64,000 bases of DNA from contig OZ244960.1 in assembly GCA_965222605.1 (NCBI GenBank), positions 2,240,001-2,304,000 of the forward strand. The letters run 5' to 3'. Position numbers and translations under genes: made by a program. This DNA comes from Candidatus Latescibacterota bacterium (GTDB lineage Bacteria; Latescibacterota; UBA2968). The stretch's first letter is position 1; each line of letters begins with the position of its first letter. Below, piece by piece: positions 47,567 to 55,658 of the stretch. Below the pieces are notes generated by a model that saw only the letters and a list, made by a program, of their open reading frames with translations, was not told the DNA's origin and searched no databases.

Positions 47567-48712
47567 TTACACAACCTCCATACGCAGCATATCCAGAGCA
47601 TTATCGGCAAAAATGCGCTGGTGCAAACCCTCCGCCAGCCTGGGAAATGTCGTCACGGGATCGTTCCAATCAAAATGGGGAAAATCCGAACAATAAATAA
47701 GGGTATCCTCGGCGTGTAACATATCCAGCATCTGGTGTATTTGCTCGGGACGCTCAGGCTCGTGCAAAGGCTGTGAGCCAACCCGAATATGGTCGCGGAA
47801 ATACTCGCTCGGCAAACGCTTGAGCCACGGCGTCTGGTCGCGCAATGCCTTCCAATCCGAATCCATGTGCCACATCAGCGGAACAGCCCAAAACTGCTGT
47901 GCTTCAATGAGGGCAAACTTCAAATCTGGAAACTTCTCAAAAACACCCTCGCAGATCAATGACGCCGCATGGGTACTCGCCATATACGGACGGCTCATCC
48001 TGGACTCCATGTAATACGTGGGAAAACCCACAGGAGTCGGAACAGTCCGCGTTGCCCCACCACCGCCACCCACATGAGAAACCACCGGCAACCCGTGATC
48101 CTCACACGCCTCCCATATCGGATGGTAAAAGCGATTGCCAAAAGGCATCATCACGCCCATCGGCACCATCACCGCAACCGTATCTTTGCGATGCGCCAGC
48201 CTGTTGATTTCATCGACCGCCTGAGAGGGATCGGTAGGCGAAACCAGAATGGCATTGACGAGACGATCGTCTCGACTGAGCCAGTGCTCAATCGTCCAAT
48301 CGTTAAACGCGCGACACAGCGCAGCCGCCCAATCCGGATCGGGCAAACCCGAATACCCATAAAAAGGCGGTGGCCCCGTCAACAGCGCGTAGTCAATATG
48401 CCAGCGATCGAGATGCTCTTTCTGCAAAAACTCAATAGAAAAATTGAAATCCCGCTCTTTGAGATCGGGATCCTTCAAATCTGGCCGGTTGGCGCGGAAG
48501 GGCATATTGGGGTATCCACCGCCGGGCAGATGGAGACCCTGATCGTAGAGATGCTCCTGATAAAATTTGGAAAGATGCGGCAACAAATCTTCCGGACGGC
48601 GAAAATTTTGATGTACATCGCAATCGACAATCGCAACACCTTCTTTGGGCTTCGCGGTCCAGCCCGGTGCCGTGACGGGTGCAGAACCCATTTTTCCACC
48701 TATATTGCTCAT
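47567..48712 (-). CDS. Amidohydrolase_2-fold protein, probable dinuclear metallo-oxygenase type
   Basis: VDCDVH, AFNDW, HPIWEAC..HGLPV..H, LICEGVFEKFP.LK, YCSDFPHFD; abuts the Rieske gene. Confidence 0.8.
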   Translation of the reverse strand: MSNIGGKMGSAPVTAPGWTAKPKEGVAIVDCDVHQNFRRPEDLLPHLSKFYQEHLYDQGLHLPGGGYPNMPFRANRPDLKDPDLKERDFNFSIEFLQKEHLDRWHIDYALLTGPPPFYGYSGLPDPDWAAALCRAFNDWTIEHWLSRDDRLVNAILVSPTDPSQAVDEINRLAHRKDTVAVMVPMGVMMPFGNRFYHPIWEACEDHGLPVVSHVGGGGGATRTVPTPVGFPTYYMESRMSRPYMASTHAASLICEGVFEKFPDLKFALIEAQQFWAVPLMWHMDSDWKALRDQTPWLKRLPSEYFRDHIRVGSQPLHEPERPEQIHQMLDMLHAEDTLIYCSDFPHFDWNDPVTTFPRLAEGLHQRIFADNALDMLRMEVV

Positions 48713-48761
48713 TTAATCCTCCGTATCCACTTTATGGGTGTTTCAATACCTGTTAAAAGCA

Positions 48762-48791
48762 AAAGTACTGACACATCTGAGCACTTGTCAA
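48762..48791 (-). promoter_or_regulatory. Sigma70-like promoter at the head of the minus-strand array
   Basis: Minus strand TTGACA-N18-TACTTT. Confidence 0.55.
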
Positions 48792-48903
48792 GACAGAACA
48801 TCAAAGAAGATCGAGCGGCGATGGGCTATTTTTGTTGACGTATTGAGATTGGCGAGTATTTTCTTATCTCTAAAATCATGTTCAAGAATCAAAGGAGCGT
48901 ATT

Positions 48904-49905
48904 ATGTCAAACAAAATTCGGGTAGCGGTAATCGGCACAGGACAGCGCGGACCATCGCATGCACGCGAGCTATTGGGATGCGATGAAGCCGAACTCGCAC
49001 TCGTGTGCGACCTGGATGAAGAACGCGCCAAAAATGCGGCTGAAAATTTTAACGTAAAATACGAACTCGACCATCGGGAAGTCATCGCACGGGACGACAT
49101 TGACGCCCTGGCAATTGCAACACACACCCGACACCACGCAGGAGTCATGCGCGATGCCGCCGCGGCAGGCAAACCATTTCTGGTCGAAAAGCCATACTGC
49201 GACAGCATTGAATCGGGAAAAGAAATTTGTGAACTGGCAGAACAAAATAACGTAGTGGCAATGGTGGGATATCAATCTCGCTTTACGGCTTTTGCCCAGG
49301 AAATGAAAGCTCTTGCCGCGCAGATCGACTTGGTACAAACCAACGTATCGCTCCAGCGCGGATTCTTTAATCCGCAGTATTTCTTCCCCGAACATTACAG
49401 CGGCATTCTCGACGCACTATCGCATACCATGGACCTGGCTTTGTGGTGGACCGGCGCTTTGCCCGTGGAAGTCATGGGACACGAGCGCTGCGGCCTATTT
49501 AAACCCGACAAAGACGCCGTGGAATTCGTCAACATCACAACCCGGTGTGAAGGCGGGCAAATTGTGTGTATGACGGGAAGTATGGCGGGACTCCAGATGC
49601 AGAACATTTTTCAAATGGTGGGCTTGAGGGGAAATATCTCGGCGATAGAGCGCAATCGGATCCGATACGTGACACATGGCGGATTTAATGAAGACAAAAC
49701 GCCTATTGATTTGAAATCCGGGGAATGGACGGGATCGGGAAAACCGACGACGGACATGTGGACGCATTTCGCGCAATGCGTGAAAGAAGGGCGAACAGGT
49801 GTATCACCCGGAGCGAGCCTGCGAGAGGGACTCGCACAAGTGGCGGTAAGCGAAGGCGCGTATTTCTCTTCCCGCGAGGGAAAAGCCATCACAGTCGCAC
49901 TTTAG
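48904..49905 (+). CDS. Gfo/Idh/MocA family oxidoreductase
   Basis: IRVAVIGTG..G, LVEKP, MVGYQSRF, D..SH..D. Confidence 0.9.
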   Translation: MSNKIRVAVIGTGQRGPSHARELLGCDEAELALVCDLDEERAKNAAENFNVKYELDHREVIARDDIDALAIATHTRHHAGVMRDAAAAGKPFLVEKPYCDSIESGKEICELAEQNNVVAMVGYQSRFTAFAQEMKALAAQIDLVQTNVSLQRGFFNPQYFFPEHYSGILDALSHTMDLALWWTGALPVEVMGHERCGLFKPDKDAVEFVNITTRCEGGQIVCMTGSMAGLQMQNIFQMVGLRGNISAIERNRIRYVTHGGFNEDKTPIDLKSGEWTGSGKPTTDMWTHFAQCVKEGRTGVSPGASLREGLAQVAVSEGAYFSSREGKAITVAL

Positions 49906-49920
49906 CCAGAGGAAAAGATT

Positions 49921-50442
49921 ATGGAATTCATCCAAAAAGACGCACAAATAACACCGCATTATTTTCAAGACGACGGAAAGGTACCAAATAGTATATTCCC
50001 TCTCCTGATCTATCAAGCTGCCCTATCACTGCCCGAAGACGACCCTGCGCGGGCATTTGAACAGGTATTTGCAGCCAATCGCTGGTCGCGTTCATGGCGC
50101 AATGGCATCTATCCCTTTCACCACTATCACGCCACAGCACACGAAGTACTGGGCATCGCAAAGGGAAGTGCCAGAGTGTGCATGGGCGGTGAACAGGGCA
50201 TGCGCTTGACAATCGGACCGGGCGATGTCATGGTTGTTCCCGCGGGCGTGGGACACAAAAATCTGGGCGCGAGTTCAGACTTATTGGTCGTAGGCGCGTA
50301 TCCCGATGGACAGCACCCGGACTTGTGTCGAGAAAGTGCCCATGAACACAGACACGCGCTGGAAAATATTCCCAAAGTACCAATGCCCGCTTCCGATCCA
50401 GTCTTTGGAATAAATGGTGCTGTAATGAATTTATGGAAATAG
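49921..50442 (+). CDS. Cupin-domain protein (YjlB-like)
   Basis: DDG.VPNS.FPLLIY, WRNGIYPFHHYH..AHEVLG, VVPAGVGH, LVVGAYP. Confidence 0.88.
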   Translation: MEFIQKDAQITPHYFQDDGKVPNSIFPLLIYQAALSLPEDDPARAFEQVFAANRWSRSWRNGIYPFHHYHATAHEVLGIAKGSARVCMGGEQGMRLTIGPGDVMVVPAGVGHKNLGASSDLLVVGAYPDGQHPDLCRESAHEHRHALENIPKVPMPASDPVFGINGAVMNLWK

Positions 50443-50471
50443 TAATAGGCGGCGTGACTCCACCACTTAAC

Positions 50472-50498
50472 GGGCGGGCACAGGGGCACCGCCCCTAC
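50472..50498 (-). repeat. GTAG-type REP-like palindrome
   Basis: Minus strand GTAGGGGCGGTGCCCCTGTGCCCGCCC: GTAG foot plus GC hairpin. Confidence 0.6.
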
Positions 50499-50540
50499 TG
50501 CTATCGCTGATTTAACATTCCACCCTTCTATGAGGTTTTT

Positions 50541-51998
50541 ATGCAATCGACAAACATGCTGTACATCATTTCCGATCAACACAATCGCAATCTGCTCGGA
50601 TGTTATGGTCACCCCACAGTGCAAACGCCCAACCTGGATCGGCTATCCGAACAGGGCACGCGGTTTACCAATGCCTACACCAACTGTCCAATTTGCGTAC
50701 CAGCGCGCGCATCTCTGGCCACCGGACGCTACGTGCATCAGATTGGCAACTGGGATAATGGACATCCATACACCGGAAACACGTCAAGCTGGCACCACCG
50801 CTTGCGCGAGCAGGGTTTTAACGCCACGTCAATTGGCAAATTGCACTTTAAGGGCCAGGGCACGGATCACGGATTCACTGAAGAAATCGAGCCATTAAAC
50901 GTCGTAGATGGCATAGGCGATGTACTGGGCAGTATCCGGGAACAGCCGCCCTTTCGCAACAAACGACCGGGTATCCGAGAGGCGGGACCTGGCGACTCGA
51001 CGTATTTGCAATACGACCAGCGCAATGCAGACCACGCAATAAAGTGGTTACAAGAACATCAGCACGAAGAAAAACCCTGGTGTCTGTTCTTGTCATTTGT
51101 ATGCCCACACCCGCCGTATATTTCGCCGCCAGACTCATACGACATCTACGACCCGGACGAATTGCCCATGCCGCCGCAATGGCGAACCGAGGATTGGCCC
51201 GATCATCCCGCCATGGACTATTTCAGGCGACTTTTCACATTTGATCCCCAATTTCCCGAAGCCATCGTGCGGCAACTAAACGCGGCGTATTACGGCGTAT
51301 GTACGTATCTGGACCAACAAATTGGTCGGGTGCTAAATACACTGGACGAATTGGAATTGACCGATACAACGCGCATAATCTATACAACAGATCACGGTGA
51401 ACACCTGGGCGGACGCGGTATTTACGGCAAATTTACGATGTATGAAGAATCCGCCGCCGTACCATTTTTAATGGCAGGTCCCGATGTTCCCGTCGGCAAA
51501 GTCGTGGAAACACCCGTATCGCTCGTCGATAGCTTTCAGACAATTTTGGAAGCAGTGGGCGCGCAACAAACCGAAGCAGACGAGGATTTGCCGGGCGAGT
51601 CACTGTGGAACATCGCACAGGAAGAAGACCGCGACCGCACGGTATTTAGCGAATACCACGCGATAGGCGCACAGAACGGGGCGTATATGTTGCGAAATCG
51701 ACAATACAAATACATATATTACGTCAATAATCCGCCGCAACTATTCGATACAATGGACGACCCCGAAGAGTGCCACGACCTCGCGCAGTCGCCCGATCAT
51801 CAAGATGTCCTGGAAATCTTCGAACGCGAATTGCGCGACCTCATCGATCCCGAAGCGGTGGATACCCAGGCCAAAACCTCGCAAAAAGCAATGATTGATT
51901 CCCTGGGTGGTGAAGATGCTATAATTCATCGAGGCGCATTTGACAACTCGCCCGTACCCGGAGAAACACCAAAATTCCGACAACACGGAACGGAGTGA
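50541..51998 (+). CDS. Sulfatase-like hydrolase (choline-sulfatase-like)
   Basis: IISDQH, CPICVPARASLATG, IGKLH, CPHPP, TDHGE. Confidence 0.9.
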   Translation: MQSTNMLYIISDQHNRNLLGCYGHPTVQTPNLDRLSEQGTRFTNAYTNCPICVPARASLATGRYVHQIGNWDNGHPYTGNTSSWHHRLREQGFNATSIGKLHFKGQGTDHGFTEEIEPLNVVDGIGDVLGSIREQPPFRNKRPGIREAGPGDSTYLQYDQRNADHAIKWLQEHQHEEKPWCLFLSFVCPHPPYISPPDSYDIYDPDELPMPPQWRTEDWPDHPAMDYFRRLFTFDPQFPEAIVRQLNAAYYGVCTYLDQQIGRVLNTLDELELTDTTRIIYTTDHGEHLGGRGIYGKFTMYEESAAVPFLMAGPDVPVGKVVETPVSLVDSFQTILEAVGAQQTEADEDLPGESLWNIAQEEDRDRTVFSEYHAIGAQNGAYMLRNRQYKYIYYVNNPPQLFDTMDDPEECHDLAQSPDHQDVLEIFERELRDLIDPEAVDTQAKTSQKAMIDSLGGEDAIIHRGAFDNSPVPGETPKFRQHGTE

Positions 51999-52013
51999 GC
52001 ACAGGAGATAATC

Positions 52014-53489
52014 ATGGCTGAGACAGTCAAATTATTGCTCAATGGCGAATGGGTAACATCAGAAGCAACAGAAACAGTACCGGTTTACAACCCATCGGAT
52101 GGAATGGAGATTGCAGCCACACCCTTATGTGATGCCTCAGAGATAGATCGCGTGGTACAATCAGCCGCAGACGCATTTCCCGAATGGGCACAGACACCGG
52201 CAGTTGACCGCGCGCGCGTGATGTTTCGGCTTGTAGCACTCATGGAAACCCATTTCGAAGAACTGGCCCAAATCGTAACCCGCGAAAATGGCAAAACAAT
52301 AGAGGATTCACGGGGTGAAATTCGACGCGGAATCGAAGTCGCAGAATTTGCCTGCGGTGCGCCCGCGCTCTTAATGGGCGACTCGCTGGAAAATATCTCA
52401 CGAGGAATTGATTGCGACACCATCCGGCAACCCCTGGGCGTATCGGTAGGTATTACGCCTTTCAACTTTCCATCTATGGTACCAATGTGGACATTGCCCA
52501 TTGCCCTAATATGTGGCAACACCTATATATTAAAGCCATCGGAGCGCGTACCCTTAAGCGCGATTCGGATTGGCGAATTATTGGCCGAAGCCGGCCTACC
52601 GCCCGGCGTATTCAACATCGCACACGGTGGAAAAGACGCGGTAAATGCCCTCCTCGCCCATCCCGAAGTGAAAACCATTTCATTTGTCGGTTCAACACCC
52701 GTGGCGCGCCATGTCTATGAAACAGCCACGCGCAATGGCAAACGCGTACAATCGGCCGGTGGCGCGAAGAATTACTTAATCGTATTGCCCGACGCCGACC
52801 TGGATTCAACAGTAGCTGCCGTAATGGGATCTGCCTACGGCTGCGCGGGCGAACGGTGCATGGCCGGCAGTGTACTCGTCTGTGCCGAAGGTGCGGGCGA
52901 TCGTTTCCTGGAACCCCTCAGTGAAACCGCACGCGCATTTCGGGTGGGACCAACCGACCGCGATCCCGGTGTGGATATGGGACCGGTAGTGACCAAAACG
53001 CATCTGGACCGCATCCATCAACATATTGAAAATGGGCTGCGAGAAGGCGCAGAACTGATCGTGGATGGACGCGATGTACAGGTCGAAGAAACGCCGCATG
53101 GCTTCTACCTGGGCGCGACAATTTTTGATCAAGTGAACCCCCAGATGTCCATTGCGCGAGAAGAAATTTTTGGACCGGTACTATCGACCATGCACGCGGA
53201 CGACCTGAGCGAAGCCATTGCGCAGTGCAATGCCAGTGGATACGGCAATGCAGCCGTACTATTCACATCGAGTGGCGGAGCCGCGCGCAAGTTTCGCCAC
53301 GAAGTAAACGCCGGCATGGTCGGCATCAATATCGGCGTACCCGCGCCCATGGCATTCTTCCCATTTTCCGGGTGGAACAATTCCTTCTTCGGCGATTTAC
53401 ATGTACAGGGCACCGAAGGCATTTCGTTTTTCACCCGACAAAAAGTAACAATCAGCCGGTGGATTGATACAAAACGACAATTTTTTTAG
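52014..53489 (+). CDS. mmsA: CoA-acylating methylmalonate-semialdehyde dehydrogenase
   Basis: GITPFNFP.MVPMW, KPSERVP, SFVGSTP, AYGCAGERCMA, EEIFGPVL, GMVGINIGVPAP.AFFPFSGW. Confidence 0.92.
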   Translation: MAETVKLLLNGEWVTSEATETVPVYNPSDGMEIAATPLCDASEIDRVVQSAADAFPEWAQTPAVDRARVMFRLVALMETHFEELAQIVTRENGKTIEDSRGEIRRGIEVAEFACGAPALLMGDSLENISRGIDCDTIRQPLGVSVGITPFNFPSMVPMWTLPIALICGNTYILKPSERVPLSAIRIGELLAEAGLPPGVFNIAHGGKDAVNALLAHPEVKTISFVGSTPVARHVYETATRNGKRVQSAGGAKNYLIVLPDADLDSTVAAVMGSAYGCAGERCMAGSVLVCAEGAGDRFLEPLSETARAFRVGPTDRDPGVDMGPVVTKTHLDRIHQHIENGLREGAELIVDGRDVQVEETPHGFYLGATIFDQVNPQMSIAREEIFGPVLSTMHADDLSEAIAQCNASGYGNAAVLFTSSGGAARKFRHEVNAGMVGINIGVPAPMAFFPFSGWNNSFFGDLHVQGTEGISFFTRQKVTISRWIDTKRQFF

Positions 53490-53522
53490 TTGGAAATTCT
53501 TTCAAAACTGGTATAAAAAAAC

Positions 53523-53981
53523 ATGGCAAGCCGGCACGCAGATTGGTTTAGACAGGGACAACGCGACCTGGAACACGCTCGCAGAGCAACAGAGCATGGC
53601 GATTATGAATGGGCCTGCTTTGCCGCTCAGCAAGGTGCTGAGAAAGCTGTTAAGGCGGTCTTTCAAAAAGTTGGCGGTGTGGCCTGGGGGCATTCTGTTG
53701 CAGCACTATTAGAGGCTTTGCCCGATATTTCGCTGCCTGACTCCGCACTGTTAGATGCGGCAAAAGAGTTGGACAAGCATTATATCCCAGCGCGGTATCC
53801 CAATTCGCATCCTCAGGGCGCGCCATTTGAATCCTATACACAAGGAGAGGCGGATCGTGCTGTTTCAAACGCCAAAAAAATCATCACCTTCTGTTCGGGT
53901 TTTCTATTTGAACCGCCCAAAGACGATCCAACGGATTCGGAAGGCGATGAAAATACTGAAGACCCAGCATCCCGAGATTGA
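53523..53981 (+). CDS. HEPN-domain protein
   Basis: DW..Q..RDLE.A, YEWACFAAQQGAEKAVKA, GHS, LDKHYIPARYP. Confidence 0.9.
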   Translation: MASRHADWFRQGQRDLEHARRATEHGDYEWACFAAQQGAEKAVKAVFQKVGGVAWGHSVAALLEALPDISLPDSALLDAAKELDKHYIPARYPNSHPQGAPFESYTQGEADRAVSNAKKIITFCSGFLFEPPKDDPTDSEGDENTEDPASRD

Positions 53982-54225
53982 GCGCGTAGTTCTATTTGGT
54001 TCTTTGTGCCGTGGTGATGCTGTTCCCGGAAGTGATGCCGATGTGTTGCTGGTGCTTCGAGAAAGTGCGCTATCTTTTCGAGAACGTAGTGCCTATTATA
54101 TTCCCAAAAATGTCGGAATCGGCGTAGATATTTTTGCGTACACACGTTCTGAACTGGAAGCGATGCACACATCTAAAAATGCGTTTGTTCTTCAAGCACT
54201 AAAGGAAGGAATGGATCTGATTTGA
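53857..54225 (+). CDS. Minimal nucleotidyltransferase (MNT) domain protein
   Basis: VVLFGSLCRGDA..GSDADVL, GVDIFAYT..E; GTG 53857 behind AGGAGAGG. Confidence 0.85.
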   Translation: MLFQTPKKSSPSVRVFYLNRPKTIQRIRKAMKILKTQHPEIERVVLFGSLCRGDAVPGSDADVLLVLRESALSFRERSAYYIPKNVGIGVDIFAYTRSELEAMHTSKNAFVLQALKEGMDLI

Positions 54226-54290
54226 AAACCTATTCGTCATGCGATAAAACCTTTTTTAAAGCCCAAAGCAAGAACTAATCAGGAGGAAAC

Positions 54291-55628
54291 ATGGCAGATG
54301 ATATCAAAGCTGCGGCAAAAACTGCGCGGCAGGCCGCACTGGCATTGAGTCAGACCACGGAAAAACAGCGCAATGCCGCGCTTGAGGCCATAGCACAGGC
54401 ATTAAGTGCAAATCGGGATCTAATTTTAGACGCCAACAAACGCGACCTAACAGCAGCAGAAAAGATGCTGGCACAGGGGAAAATCACTCCTCCACTGATC
54501 AAACGCCTGAAAGTAGATCGTGAAAAACTGGACAGTGAAATTGTAGTTGGCGTTCGCAGTGTCGCAGCCCAGGAAGACCCCATTGGCAAAACACAGGCCG
54601 CGACCGAATTGGACGAAGGCCTGAACCTCTATCGCGTAACCGTCCCAATCGGCGTAATAGGCGTGGTCTTTGAATCGCGCCCCGACGCACTGGTACAAAT
54701 CGCGACCTTATGTCTAAAATCGGGCAACGCCGTCATGCTCAAAGGTGGCAGCGAAACATTTCATACCAATCGCGCATTGGCCCAGGTAATGGTCGCTGCA
54801 ACTGCTGACCTGGACGGCATCCCCGAAGGATGGATGCACCTTATGGAAGCGCGAGAAGAAGTCGCGGGCATTCTCGAATTACACGACCTCATCGATCTGA
54901 TTATTCCGCGCGGCGGCAATGAACTCGTGCAACATATCATGAACAATACCAAAATCCCCGTCATGGGACATGCCGACGGCATCTGCCATGTGTACGTAGA
55001 TAAAGACGCCGACCTGAAAAAAGCGGTGCGTATCACCATCGATTCCAAGACGCAGTACGCAGCCGTCTGCAACGCCGCCGAAACCCTGCTCGTACACGCC
55101 GGAATCGCCAAAAGCTTCTTCGCCACAGCGATTCAACAACTCACCGACCAGGGCGTTCTGATCCGCGGCGACGCCCGCACCCTGGCCCTCGCCGCCAGCG
55201 CAGATGCCCTGACCCCGGCCAGCGACACCGACTGGTCAACCGAATACCTCGACTACGTCCTATCGGTCAAAGTCGTGGACTCAGTCGAAGAAGCAATCGC
55301 CCACATCAACGAATACGGCAGCCACCACACCGACTCGATTGTAACCGAAGACCAGCAAGCCGCGAAGAGATTTTTGCAAGCCGTGGATTCGGCATCGGTC
55401 ATACACAATGCTTCCACGCGGTTTGCCGATGGATTTCGCTATGGCCTCGGCGCCGAGGTGGGCATCAGCACCAACCGCCTGCACAGCCGCGGTCCCGTAG
55501 GTCTCGAAGGCCTCGTCATCTACAAATATGTAGTGATAGGTGAAGGACATATTGCGGACGATTACATCGGCGAAAATGGAAAAACATTTACACATCGCAA
55601 ACTGGATGCGGTCTGGTGTCCGGAGTAA
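54291..55628 (+). CDS. proA: Gamma-glutamyl phosphate reductase
   Basis: PIGVIGVVFESRP, LKSGNAVMLKGG, DLIIPRGG, CNAAETLL, HNASTRFADG..YGLGAEVGIST..H.RGPVGLEGL. Confidence 0.96.
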   Translation: MADDIKAAAKTARQAALALSQTTEKQRNAALEAIAQALSANRDLILDANKRDLTAAEKMLAQGKITPPLIKRLKVDREKLDSEIVVGVRSVAAQEDPIGKTQAATELDEGLNLYRVTVPIGVIGVVFESRPDALVQIATLCLKSGNAVMLKGGSETFHTNRALAQVMVAATADLDGIPEGWMHLMEAREEVAGILELHDLIDLIIPRGGNELVQHIMNNTKIPVMGHADGICHVYVDKDADLKKAVRITIDSKTQYAAVCNAAETLLVHAGIAKSFFATAIQQLTDQGVLIRGDARTLALAASADALTPASDTDWSTEYLDYVLSVKVVDSVEEAIAHINEYGSHHTDSIVTEDQQAAKRFLQAVDSASVIHNASTRFADGFRYGLGAEVGISTNRLHSRGPVGLEGLVIYKYVVIGEGHIADDYIGENGKTFTHRKLDAVWCPE

Positions 55629-55658
55629 CAAACACCGACTCAAATAGAAAGGAATCTC

